DNA from: a virus
Taxonomy: Duplodnaviria > Caudoviricetes
Strand: one strand, 5' to 3'
Virus record (IMG/VR): IMGVR_UViG_3300047480_000376
Location: 1 to 61,709 of that record
DNA length: 61,709 nt
Below, piece by piece: positions 1 through 8,983 of this stretch. Within the stretch, counting starts at the first letter, position 1. Every line of letters starts with the position of its first letter. The position numbers and the translations under genes were made by a program. The notes under the pieces were generated by a model that saw only the letters and a program-made list of their open reading frames with translations, had not been told where the DNA came from and made no database searches.

Positions 1-1
1 G

Positions 2-844
2 TAGCTTCTGCTCTTTCATAGGGTTTAGTGGATGATTAGCTAATGTATGCATCTGTTCTAACCACAACTCACCACACTTATTATCTGCAATGAACTCTCC
101 GTTTGGACCAATGTGATACTTAACTTTACCGTTTAAGTTCTGTCCGCCAAACACTTGTTGCATACCATCGAAGTGACCTGTGCCACCAAATAGAACTGAT
201 TCAGGATCTACTAAATGTGGATATGCAAATGCCATATATCGAGCAGTATTCTTACATGGATATAGAGGACTTCTGAATCCTTGATGTTCTTTGAAGTATG
301 TCTCTAAACGCTTAGCAAACTCCATCATCGTAAATGGACGACCCATCTTTTTAGGTTCATCTAAGATCGTATGGATATCCTCAGCTGCTTTCATTGGACC
401 ATCAATCAACCATTCCTTAACGTTCGTACCCTTTGGATAGTAGATTTGGAATAGATCATTACGTGCATGTCGTTCTGTCTTAAAGCGTTCTCTTGTAGCA
501 GAAATACCATCATTCATTAATGACATGAGTGTACCCCAATGTTCATTGCTAAACGAGAATACAAGCGTATAGAATATGCGCTTCTTATTGTCTGTGATTG
601 GCTGCATCACATCTACAAATGGATGTTCATGCCAATGGAGACGATGCGAAAAGATCTGATAGTCTTCGCGCAGTAATTTATCTTCGCGTTTATCGAATGC
701 TGAACACCACTCAAAGAACTTTTCGAATCGCTGTTCTTGTGTCCAATCTTTCATCCAACTCTCTGTTGGTTTGCCGTTCTTTAGAGCGACGTCAGTGGTA
801 CCTTCATATGTGATGTTCACATAAGGCTCTGCGATAAATTCCAT
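2..844 (-). CDS. Amino-acid:DNA transferase-like (aGPT-Pplase) paralogue, runs off the left edge
   Basis: Not in the ORF track. Manual translation from ATG at 844 (TGATG overlap with the upstream gene) gives MEFIAEPYVNITYEG...FSHRLHWHEHPF...RSPLYPCKNTARYMAFAYPHLVDPESVLFGGTGHFDGMQQVFG..., open to the window edge. The AYPHLVDPES..FGGTG segment parallels WYPQYVNKES..YYGTNA in the neighbour. Confidence 0.6.
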   Translation of the reverse strand, partial: MEFIAEPYVNITYEGTTDVALKNGKPTESWMKDWTQEQRFEKFFEWCSAFDKREDKLLREDYQIFSHRLHWHEHPFVDVMQPITDNKKRIFYTLVFSFSNEHWGTLMSLMNDGISATRERFKTERHARNDLFQIYYPKGTNVKEWLIDGPMKAAEDIHTILDEPKKMGRPFTMMEFAKRLETYFKEHQGFRSPLYPCKNTARYMAFAYPHLVDPESVLFGGTGHFDGMQQVFGGQNLNGKVKYHIGPNGEFIADNKCGELWLEQMHTLANHPLNPMKEQKL

Positions 845-2013
845 CAAATCGTTTTGCATAACTCTTTATATTGTTCTACTGTTAAACCTGCTGATTTAAT
901 AACTGCATCATCTGATGGGTGTGCTTTCATACCATTAAATGATTTAACCAATCCAAGCTTCAACATCGCTTGTTGTCTACCAAATGGATGATCTTTAATC
1001 TTACAAGATGACCACACATTATCAAAGTCTAAGTGATCGTAGTCTGCACCGGGTCTAACATAGTTTTCTACCCAACGGATGAAGTCACAACATACATCCT
1101 CTGCATTATATGGATATGATTTAACATCTTCGTAAATCTTTTCCATGACTTTGTCCAAGAACTCGATTGGTTTCATCTTCTTAGTTGGTTTTGCTAAGTA
1201 AGATATACACTCAACTGCGTTCGTTCCATAGTAAAATGGTGATTCTTTATTGACATACTGCGGATACCAATCTGCAATGTCTGCAACTACTGCTGCATAT
1301 TGGAAATGGTATTGACGAAGACCATTGTCAACGTTCCACTTCAACATAAAATCACCGATCTCTCGTAGATCTCGTTTACCACCTTTTTCCAAGAACTCTG
1401 CAAGATCACGTGCAAGACGTGGTGCAAATTCTGTTAGATAGTAATCACCGCCTCTTTTATAACTCGATCCTTCTGGTGGTTTTGGAAACGAAGGAAACTG
1501 ATAACCTACTGAAGTATAGAATGGCTTAGGGTGTTTGTTGACAATCTCTGTCATCCCTTCAATCGTAGTTGCTTTGTGTAGATTAAACAACAACGTATTG
1601 TGGTAACCTGATGGCTTGGTTGAATAGTTAATCGCTGAGCCACATACCCTATGCAAGATGAATACGTACAACCATTCAGGCAACTTAAAGTCTTTATGTT
1701 TGCCAGTCCAATCCTTTGCAACTACTTCTCGTTGACGTGTGATTTTACCAGCTTCCATCTTCTTCCAATATGGATGTTCTTCTGTCCAACCATAGAAGCA
1801 ATCATTTACGATCTGAGAGAATCCAGCATACTTTCTTTCTACCACGTCATATAGTTCTACATGATGCAGTAACTCATCACCCATGTCTGACTCAGCGTGT
1901 GATAACATACCATAGGGTGGTTCATCAGAAACGTTACATTTTTTCTGTTGATCTAGCGCTAGCTTGAAGTAGCGGATATATTCGTCGTAGTATTCAGTTG
2001 TTTCTATTGTCAT
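844..2013 (-). CDS. Amino-acid:DNA transferase-like protein (aGPT-Pplase family, DNA base hypermodification)
   Basis: Motifs YDVVERKYAGF, LHRVCGS, YYGTNA and EDVCCDFIRW (compare the family's G-x-N/G-A and E-x-x-x-C-D/E motifs); located in a nucleotide-modification cluster. Confidence 0.7.
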   Translation of the reverse strand: MTIETTEYYDEYIRYFKLALDQQKKCNVSDEPPYGMLSHAESDMGDELLHHVELYDVVERKYAGFSQIVNDCFYGWTEEHPYWKKMEAGKITRQREVVAKDWTGKHKDFKLPEWLYVFILHRVCGSAINYSTKPSGYHNTLLFNLHKATTIEGMTEIVNKHPKPFYTSVGYQFPSFPKPPEGSSYKRGGDYYLTEFAPRLARDLAEFLEKGGKRDLREIGDFMLKWNVDNGLRQYHFQYAAVVADIADWYPQYVNKESPFYYGTNAVECISYLAKPTKKMKPIEFLDKVMEKIYEDVKSYPYNAEDVCCDFIRWVENYVRPGADYDHLDFDNVWSSCKIKDHPFGRQQAMLKLGLVKSFNGMKAHPSDDAVIKSAGLTVEQYKELCKTI

Positions 2014-2410
2014 CTAAGTATTTCTTGAGTTTTTTTAACATCTGCTTTTCATATTTAGGGTCGTTTAAGTTACGATTCCTTGGAGATGGATGGTCGATCT
2101 TATAACAATCAATCTTATACTTCTTACATACACGTTCTACAAAACCACCTAAGGCGATCACAATTGTTTTGCCTTGAACTGCTTCATATAAAGCATCTTC
2201 GTCTACATCATTGATATCATAACTGTTGATCTTATTAGGTATAACGTTATGAAATGCAAACATCGATATGTTTACTTCATTGCACCATTTCATCAGCCTG
2301 TCATAGGTACCATTCTTCAACGGTTTAGTATTAGATGAAGGGCACTGACCAAGAATAAGCAGCTCATTCGAGCTGCCATGTCCATCTAAAAAGTCTAGTA
2401 CTGACTTCAT
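1994..2410 (-). CDS. Uracil-DNA glycosylase superfamily protein (minimal)
   Basis: ILGQCPS (motif A-like), VIALG, HPSPRN (motif B). Confidence 0.65.
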   Translation of the reverse strand: MKSVLDFLDGHGSSNELLILGQCPSSNTKPLKNGTYDRLMKWCNEVNISMFAFHNVIPNKINSYDINDVDEDALYEAVQGKTIVIALGGFVERVCKKYKIDCYKIDHPSPRNRNLNDPKYEKQMLKKLKKYLDDNRNN

Positions 2411-2853
2411 ACTGCAAATACTTTAATACCAACTTCGTTAAACATATCCATCGTCTTTTGAAATGATTCGAACCAATGTGGACGAAGGTCTAAACATTCT
2501 TGTGCTACATACACTTCTTTGATTCCAACTTGGATGATTCCTTTAGCACACTCACTACAAACAGGTAGACCATACACATATAGTTTTGCGCCATCAAGTG
2601 ATACTCCTGAGTATGTTGCATTATAGATGACGTTCATCTCTGCATGTACAACAAACTGATACTTAACTTCTCTGTCGTTTAGTCGTTCTGGCTTGTCAAG
2701 TATTCCACGTGGAAAACCATTGAATCCTTGTGATAGAATTTGACCTTTAGATCCTACTGCTACGGCACCAACCTTAGTGTTAGGATCTTTAGACCACTGA
2801 GCTACTTCTTTGGCCATAGCCATGTAGCGCTCATTCCATTTAGAATTGCTCAT
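2407..2853 (-). CDS. cd: dCMP deaminase
   Basis: SKDPNTKVGA, GFNGFPRG, HAEMN and PVCSEC zinc motifs. Confidence 0.92.
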   Translation of the reverse strand: MSNSKWNERYMAMAKEVAQWSKDPNTKVGAVAVGSKGQILSQGFNGFPRGILDKPERLNDREVKYQFVVHAEMNVIYNATYSGVSLDGAKLYVYGLPVCSECAKGIIQVGIKEVYVAQECLDLRPHWFESFQKTMDMFNEVGIKVFAV

Positions 2854-3529
2854 ATAGTTCTTCTACAAATTTGAAGTGGCGTTCATACACATGAAGACTA
2901 CCAGCATTCCAATGGAGATCGCCTAGTGCATACACTGTACCTTTACGACCATTGATTGCATTCAATAGTTCTTGTTGTACATAACGCTGCCATGCATAAT
3001 CATTCTTATAACCAAAAACTGCATCATTAGAACGCATGAACACAGACGCATGGAGTTTACCATCACGAAGATAGTATTGAGTTGAATACGTACACATAAA
3101 GTCTGACATGCCGTTCTTATTATAGTCGACATGCATACTTGGTCGATTGTAGATCATGGTAGCACGACGAGACAACGGAGATGCCAAGAGTTCATCTAAC
3201 ACTCTAGTAAACTGATGACCATTTTCTTCTGAATAGATGCACCAACCATAGTTAGAGTTAATGAATCCATCTTTATCTGCCACTTGTTGCCAGATCTGTG
3301 GAGGTCCACCAGGAATATCGTTAACGTTCAGAGACATAGAACGATACCATTCTTTCTCGCGCGCAATGTACTCTTCATTGACAGTACCAAAGATAGACAC
3401 ATCATCTGCTAAGAATGATGCATTAATGATCTCGATAGTAACAACACCAGATTTGTCTTGCACAAAGTCTTTGCGACGAAGCTTGCGTACAAACTCTTCG
3501 CGAATATTCATCACATTATTACGAATCAT
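2840..3529 (-). CDS. 42: dCMP hydroxymethylase (T4 gp42-like, thymidylate synthase fold)
   Basis: Colinear with T4 gp42 as recalled: KDFVQDKSGV.TIEI, INSNYGW, GMSDFMCT (catalytic Cys), MRSNDAVFGYKNDYAWQ (Asp179 equivalent), GSLHVY.RHF. Confidence 0.88.
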   Translation of the reverse strand: MIRNNVMNIREEFVRKLRRKDFVQDKSGVVTIEIINASFLADDVSIFGTVNEEYIAREKEWYRSMSLNVNDIPGGPPQIWQQVADKDGFINSNYGWCIYSEENGHQFTRVLDELLASPLSRRATMIYNRPSMHVDYNKNGMSDFMCTYSTQYYLRDGKLHASVFMRSNDAVFGYKNDYAWQRYVQQELLNAINGRKGTVYALGDLHWNAGSLHVYERHFKFVEELYEQF

Positions 3530-3927
3530 TTTAGTTCTACGTCCTTATCTTTTAGTTTAAAGTCTGATGGCATTAATGCTTGATTGCCATCAGATTTGCG
3601 ATTGAAGATGTCATAACCTGGTTTTTGACCAGGAACTTGACCACGCATATAAGCTACGATGAATGATGCATAGTTGATCATATCGAGTGCTGAGTCTTCG
3701 ACTGATTCGAAGTTAACTTTGCCACCAGCTTGCATAGTCTCAAGCACAGATACCATACGCAAGTATTTTGCATTGACGATATCGAGGATGGAAGTTACAC
3801 CGCGAGGATAATAGTCAGCTTGTTCAACAGATGACACTGCATTGTTGTAATCTTGACCTTTTTTCTCTTGGATTTCTGCTGCTTCGAGCAAGATATTTGC
3901 TGATGGACGAGAGTATTGTTTTTGCAT
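3526..3927 (-). CDS. Nucleotide-modification-associated MazG-like protein (Nmad1/DUF1599-like)
   Basis: KKGQDY...KYLR...ESVEDSALDMINYA pattern; adjacent to the hydroxymethylase. Confidence 0.65.
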   Translation of the reverse strand: MQKQYSRPSANILLEAAEIQEKKGQDYNNAVSSVEQADYYPRGVTSILDIVNAKYLRMVSVLETMQAGGKVNFESVEDSALDMINYASFIVAYMRGQVPGQKPGYDIFNRKSDGNQALMPSDFKLKDKDVELK

Positions 3928-3952
3928 GTTATATTCCTTGAGTGTATAGTAT

Positions 3953-3981
3953 ATTATACCACATTTTTTTCTTGCTGTAAA
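3953..3981 (-). promoter_or_regulatory. Early sigma70-type promoter
   Basis: TTTACA-N17-TATAAT with TGTGG immediately before the -10. Confidence 0.8.
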
Positions 3982-4971
3982 TTAGATTTCTGCAGTTCGA
4001 TAAGCATATTCTAAAGCTCGTTCCGCTTCTGTTTGTAATGGTCGTTTCTGATACCTACGAGAAGTGTCACGATCAAGTTGCCTAATTAGCTCAGCTATCT
4101 GAGATGATGTGATTGGATAACGCTTCTTAATGGCATTACATGCGATTGAAGTCATGATCTTATAAATCATTGCATAACGACCAGATCCATCAGTATTAGC
4201 TATATTAGCATAATCTGTGACTAACTTCCTGTTTACAAACGGGCAATCCCTATATGATGACCATTCAAAGTTATAATTAGCTTGTGCCTTAAGTAACTCT
4301 TCTCTATGTGCTGTTACTTTCTTTTGTACTTCTGCTGGTAAACGATCCATAAATGTAGCTGCACCGCTTTGTTGAACTACAAATGGATGTTTTGCCATCA
4401 GAGCGTTAGGATCAATAAAACTGCCTGTGTTAGTGAAAATAAAATTATGAGCATTAGGATACACTGCAGGAACGTAATACATCCGAGATAAGTCCTTAGT
4501 CTGCTGATCTCCGATTGATCCGAGCTCTGTGTTGAGTGCATACCAGAAATGTTTGATTGAAGACTGTTTAACCGAAGTCGTAAGTGGGAACACGAGGCGA
4601 AACTTTGGTAAATCGCTAGTGCTGCTAGAAGTGGAATAACAAACGTAATAATAATTACCATACTTTGCATGAAGCTCATCTTGTAGGTTTCCTTCAAATT
4701 TGTGATCATCCACATCTACAGCAGCCCAACCAGCCCACTCGATCACATTGTCGTTAGCTCTAGTCTTGCCTTCTTCATAAACTGCTGGAGTAATTAAGGG
4801 CGAAGCCTTAAGACCTTTCGGTGCTTTGCGCTCGCCCTTTTTAAGCTTGTAACCCGGCATCTTAGACATCTTATATAGCATGTCTTCGAATGATTGCCAG
4901 TCGTCATGATGTATTTGGCGATGAGTCTTATTGTCAAAGATAGACTCAAACGCAGTCAATGAGTATTTCAT
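3982..4971 (-). CDS. Archaeo-eukaryotic primase (AEP/prim-pol)-like protein
   Basis: AVDVDD (DxD), YSTSSS, PKFRLVFPL, D.SRMYYVP, followed by a helical C-terminal domain. Confidence 0.65.
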   Translation of the reverse strand: MKYSLTAFESIFDNKTHRQIHHDDWQSFEDMLYKMSKMPGYKLKKGERKAPKGLKASPLITPAVYEEGKTRANDNVIEWAGWAAVDVDDHKFEGNLQDELHAKYGNYYYVCYSTSSSTSDLPKFRLVFPLTTSVKQSSIKHFWYALNTELGSIGDQQTKDLSRMYYVPAVYPNAHNFIFTNTGSFIDPNALMAKHPFVVQQSGAATFMDRLPAEVQKKVTAHREELLKAQANYNFEWSSYRDCPFVNRKLVTDYANIANTDGSGRYAMIYKIMTSIACNAIKKRYPITSSQIAELIRQLDRDTSRRYQKRPLQTEAERALEYAYRTAEI

Positions 4972-5324
4972 GGTTTAATCTTAATGCGTCGAATTGGTTC
5001 CCATAAGAAACCTTCTCCTTCGCGTATCTCTAGTTGTACATAATCAAGTTTGCCATCTTCTCTTAGGTATTCGGCTACTCTAAGGTTTTCTTTTAGAAAA
5101 TAGTATAGATCTTCTTTGCGACTTTCAGTTAGCGTACCATTTGATGATGAAGGTTGGATAGATGTCGTATATGCACTACTAACTGCACCACTCATTGTAT
5201 GAACTGGTATTGTAGTAAAAACATTCGCGTCATCTATTGGATTCCAATCTTTACCATCCCATACTTCTTGCATAAAAGTGTTGGGATTGTATCGTATTTG
5301 ACCAACTGGGTTACTTATCGCCAT
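4968..5324 (-). CDS. Hypothetical protein
   Basis: 118-aa ORF packed between neighbours with short overlaps. Confidence 0.6.
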   Translation of the reverse strand: MAISNPVGQIRYNPNTFMQEVWDGKDWNPIDDANVFTTIPVHTMSGAVSSAYTTSIQPSSSNGTLTESRKEDLYYFLKENLRVAEYLREDGKLDYVQLEIREGEGFLWEPIRRIKIKP

Positions 5325-5754
5325 AAGTCTTGCTGAATAGACCGATGTTGTCCTTGTGTGTTGGTGCTGTCCAGCCTTCTGGCTTGATTAGATCTGGAAG
5401 ACCTAACGGATTTGGTCGAGATTCTTTAATGCCGACTTTCTTGTTCATGTTGGCTTCTAGCACACGATCCCAAGCTTTATGTGAATCGACATTAAATGCA
5501 TCGAGTGTACCGATAGCAACCACACATAGATCGATCAAGGCATCAACAGTATCATCTGCTGCTTGTTCTGATGTGATCTTGCGAGCTTGTCGATCAACCA
5601 CAGCTTTACGCATCTCATCAAGTTCTTCTTGCAAGAAGTCAATACGAAACTTAAGGAATGCCTCAAGCTTTTCGCTGTCAAATTCTTTTACTACAGGATG
5701 CACACCGTATTTTGCATGCATGTCTGCAATATCTTGTACCCAATTTTTACTCAT
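5311..5754 (-). CDS. MazG-like (PRA-PH-like) nucleoside triphosphate pyrophosphohydrolase
   Basis: FLQEELDE...DALIDL...V.EANMNK...LIKPEGW.AP. Confidence 0.82.
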   Translation of the reverse strand: MSKNWVQDIADMHAKYGVHPVVKEFDSEKLEAFLKFRIDFLQEELDEMRKAVVDRQARKITSEQAADDTVDALIDLCVVAIGTLDAFNVDSHKAWDRVLEANMNKKVGIKESRPNPLGLPDLIKPEGWTAPTHKDNIGLFSKTYGDK

Positions 5755-5774
5755 AATAATCTCCTAACTATAAT

Positions 5775-5803
5775 ATTATACCACACTTTTTTCTTGCTGT
5801 AAA
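5775..5803 (-). promoter_or_regulatory. Early sigma70-type promoter
   Basis: TTTACA-N17-TATAAT; near-identical to the promoter at 3953-3981. Confidence 0.8.
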
Positions 5804-8320
5804 TCATGAAAAGAAGTCTTCAAGCGTGGCTACTGGTTCTGCTTTCCAACCAATCGCATCTAAGATTAGTTTAGCTGGTTCTAGGAATGCCTTTTCGAAT
5901 TGCTTATCGTTGTCAATATACTTATCAAGCTTAAACTCTGGTGGTAGTACATCGATAAATCCAATGACGTCTTCTTTCATCGGGTTGTTTGGATACAAAT
6001 AGATGTACTTAATCTTATCACCATCTTTAATTGGTGTGTATGTCTTAAGTCCATTCTTTTGTAACATATAGTTGTATAAGATAGCAGCACGAGAATTTAT
6101 CGGCGTACCCTTCTTATAGATCGTGTCGCGTGATTGATAGTCCTTAACCGACGATACTCCGCGCGGGAATGCTTTATCTTGCGGCGGTAGTTGGTCAAAT
6201 TTCTCTCGATAAGTTTGAATAAAAGCCTGAGTCTCAGCTTCCGTACCGCTGATGAGCACTTTGAACAACTCTTCAAAAGCCTCGCGACACGTGCCCGGTG
6301 TAGAAGACTTGATTGCTTCAATCCCCATGATTTTGAGTTTTGGTTTTGCATAACGAACACCTTCGTTGTCTAATACGTTTAAGATATAACGCTTCTTAGC
6401 AGTCCATATAGCACGATCAGCAATAGCTTCACGCTTCATACTTAAGCGTTTCTTGTAACAGTTCATCTGGTCTGCAAGCTGGTCGAATGACTTTGATAGA
6501 ACTGTCTCTAGTGCTTCACCACAAAGTTTATCTAAGAAGTCTGTGATCTTGTCTTTGTCAGTAAGTTTTACGCTCTTAACAATCTCACCAAGATTAACAT
6601 ACACAGAATCAGTATCAATAGCGATGACATAGTCTTTATATCTTTCGTTCTTTAGAGCTTTATTAAGATAGTCATTTACTGCCTTTTCAGCCCAACGAAT
6701 GATGGCTTGACCAGATAACGTGATGCCTTCTGCGATCTCCATTGTAAAGTAACGAAAGTACTTGTTACCAAGTGCACCATAAAGGGAGTTCAGAAGAAGT
6801 TTAATGGCTGTCTGCTGGTTTTCATATCGAGCGATATCACGTTCAATACGATAGATCTCTTGCTTATTCGATTCATCACATGCTTCGAGTTCTTTCTTAG
6901 CAGCAAGCATAAGCTTCTTGATCTTGACACGTTCGTCATACATCTCTTCAATGATCTTTGGCATAAAGCCTTGCTTCTCATTGCTAAACATCTGACCGCT
7001 ACCACAGATACCATACTCAGTCTTTTCTGGTACATAACCTTCTAAGATCGAATCTGGGGATACACGATGATCGAATCTACCGTGTACGATAGTTTCTGGT
7101 GACATGTTCCATTGCACAATGATGTTAGGATACAGAGAGTTTACGTCGAACGATGCAACCCAATCGTGTACTCCGCATTGAGGTTCTTTAACATAACCAC
7201 CTTCGTATGCTTCTTTGATAGACTCTTTGTTTGGAGGTACGACGATACCTTGTGGTGTAAGGTAACGATAAATAAGTGTATCCCAAATGCCTGTAGTACC
7301 GAACGTATCGTTATAGTTTACACCTGCACGATATGCAATAGTCAAACACAATACGATTAGACCAACTTTATCTTCCATACGATCAACGAGGTCTACGTCG
7401 CGAATGTTATAGTCGATGAATTTTTGGTGGTCTGTAATGTATAGCGAGTGCAGAGATCCATCATAGTCAAGCTTGCGTTCACCAAGCACAACATAAGCGA
7501 TATGATCTAGACGATACGATTCTTGTGCGCCGTATGTGTAACCAAACTTCTTGAATAGATCCATCCAATCAAGCTGTGCGATACCCATGATGTCATACAT
7601 CTGCACTTGCTTTTTCTGCATGGTTACGATACGTTCTTCGACTTTACCCCATGGAGAAAGCTTCTTGATTGTATCTTCATGCAGCACACGACTAGCACGA
7701 TTGATTAGATACGGAATATCGAAGTTACGAATATTCCAACCAGTAACCACATCTGGAATTTTAGACGGTGATCCCCAGTGGGCAATAAACTTAATGAGCA
7801 TCTCATGTTCATCGCGACACTTCTCATACTTAACTAAGTTGTCTGTCATAATAGACTTAGACACATCATAATCACCAAGACCCCACACGTAGAATGTGTT
7901 GTCGATGTTATTCTTAATGGCGATTGAGATGATTGGATACTTAGCTTCTTCTGGTTCAGGGAAGCCTTCGTTAGATGCGACCTCGATATCGATCGTGGTG
8001 ATGTTGATTAGAGATGCATCGAACTGAATCTCATTTGGAAACTTCTCTGTGATGAACTGAGCAACATAGTTCGTGTTACCATAGATGTCAAGATTATCCA
8101 CTTTGCCAAGATCGTTGATGAAGTCTTTGGCTTCACGCATGGTTTCGAACTTCATGCGCTCTAAGTACCGACCATCGAGAGAACGATAGTCAGTCTTGTT
8201 CTTCACAGGAACAAATAGAGTTGGCGAGAATGGGACTTTTGTTTGTATGCGACGGCCATCTTTGTAGCCGCGATAAAACATTTGATTGCCGAAGCGAGTT
8301 ACGTTTGTATAGAATTCCAT
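5804..8320 (-). CDS. 43: Family B DNA polymerase
   Basis: DIEV exonuclease motif, FDVNSLYP, KLLLNSLYGALGN, IDTDS, KKRY; start trimmed to MEFYTNV. Confidence 0.97.
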   Translation of the reverse strand: MEFYTNVTRFGNQMFYRGYKDGRRIQTKVPFSPTLFVPVKNKTDYRSLDGRYLERMKFETMREAKDFINDLGKVDNLDIYGNTNYVAQFITEKFPNEIQFDASLINITTIDIEVASNEGFPEPEEAKYPIISIAIKNNIDNTFYVWGLGDYDVSKSIMTDNLVKYEKCRDEHEMLIKFIAHWGSPSKIPDVVTGWNIRNFDIPYLINRASRVLHEDTIKKLSPWGKVEERIVTMQKKQVQMYDIMGIAQLDWMDLFKKFGYTYGAQESYRLDHIAYVVLGERKLDYDGSLHSLYITDHQKFIDYNIRDVDLVDRMEDKVGLIVLCLTIAYRAGVNYNDTFGTTGIWDTLIYRYLTPQGIVVPPNKESIKEAYEGGYVKEPQCGVHDWVASFDVNSLYPNIIVQWNMSPETIVHGRFDHRVSPDSILEGYVPEKTEYGICGSGQMFSNEKQGFMPKIIEEMYDERVKIKKLMLAAKKELEACDESNKQEIYRIERDIARYENQQTAIKLLLNSLYGALGNKYFRYFTMEIAEGITLSGQAIIRWAEKAVNDYLNKALKNERYKDYVIAIDTDSVYVNLGEIVKSVKLTDKDKITDFLDKLCGEALETVLSKSFDQLADQMNCYKKRLSMKREAIADRAIWTAKKRYILNVLDNEGVRYAKPKLKIMGIEAIKSSTPGTCREAFEELFKVLISGTEAETQAFIQTYREKFDQLPPQDKAFPRGVSSVKDYQSRDTIYKKGTPINSRAAILYNYMLQKNGLKTYTPIKDGDKIKYIYLYPNNPMKEDVIGFIDVLPPEFKLDKYIDNDKQFEKAFLEPAKLILDAIGWKAEPVATLEDFFS

Positions 8321-8326
8321 ACTATT

Positions 8327-8355
8327 ATTATACCACAACAAGTTTAAAAAGTAAA
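8327..8355 (-). promoter_or_regulatory. Early promoter of gene 43 (probably leaderless)
   Basis: GTTTACT-N17-TATAAT; only 6 nt separate the -10 from the ATG. Confidence 0.75.
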
Positions 8356-8643
8356 CTATCGTGGCATAACATTAGCGATCTGGATTCCTGCTCCAAATAA
8401 TTTGCTGTAATTGTTTCGCATCTCAACAGAAGGTTCGTATTCTAAAACGACTTTATCTTTGCTGAGTTTGATTGTACCATCGGCGAATGGTAAGAATGGG
8501 ATGAGTCCAACGCCAAATGAATTACTTTGTCCCTGTGGGATTAGGTGAATGGCTGCTGGATCTTTAATATTGATGCCGTGTTGATCTTCCGCTGCATCGC
8601 AGATGATATCATGGCCGTTTGAGAGTTGATAGCACTTAATCAT
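8356..8643 (-). CDS. Hypothetical protein (small beta-rich, Sm-like?)
   Basis: L.NG.DII...P...GL.PF.PF...Y.K.FG.GI pattern typical of the gene before gp43 in T4-like phages. Confidence 0.65.
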   Translation of the reverse strand: MIKCYQLSNGHDIICDAAEDQHGINIKDPAAIHLIPQGQSNSFGVGLIPFLPFADGTIKLSKDKVVLEYEPSVEMRNNYSKLFGAGIQIANVMPR

Positions 8644-8842
8644 TTATTCCGCCTTTTTCAATAATATACTCAATTAATAAATTTACTTCTTTCACGTCGT
8701 TTAACCATTGCATGGTGAAGTCACCATTCATTTCGTTAAACATGATCACTAGGATTTTATCATTCATCTGACTGGCTTTGATTAGCCACTCACCGAGCTG
8801 AACGCAATCCATAGTTAGCATTTTATTTGTTTTATCTTTCAT
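8636..8842 (-). CDS. Hypothetical protein
   Basis: 68-aa ORF just downstream of a late promoter. Confidence 0.55.
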   Translation of the reverse strand: MKDKTNKMLTMDCVQLGEWLIKASQMNDKILVIMFNEMNGDFTMQWLNDVKEVNLLIEYIIEKGGIND

Positions 8843-8847
8843 AAACT

Positions 8848-8855
8848 TATTTATA
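8848..8855 (-). promoter_or_regulatory. T4-type late promoter
   Basis: TATAAATA on the minus strand. Confidence 0.65.
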
Positions 8856-8861
8856 GAAGAT

Positions 8862-8884
8862 AAAACGGGGGGAAAATCCCCCCG
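8862..8884 (-). terminator. Rho-independent terminator
   Basis: CGGGGGGA/TCCCCCCG stem followed by TTTT on the minus strand. Confidence 0.8.
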
Positions 8885-8890
8885 AACTGA

Positions 8891-8983
8891 TTAGTTTTTA
8901 ACTGGTTGTGGTGTCTTCGGTGGAACACCGTTGACCCAATCCCAATCATCATCAGTCATTGGAACCCAGTTATTTACTTGCAT
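8891..8983 (-). CDS. 30-aa micro-protein (MQVNNWVPMTDDDWDWVNGVPPKTPQPVKN)
   Basis: Manual translation; AGGAG upstream; ends just before the terminator. Confidence 0.5.
   Translation of the reverse strand: MQVNNWVPMTDDDWDWVNGVPPKTPQPVKN

Noticed and set aside
2840-3529. Ordinary thymidylate synthase
   Set aside because: The sequence follows T4 gp42, including Asp at the specificity position, rather than the ThyA PFN motif.
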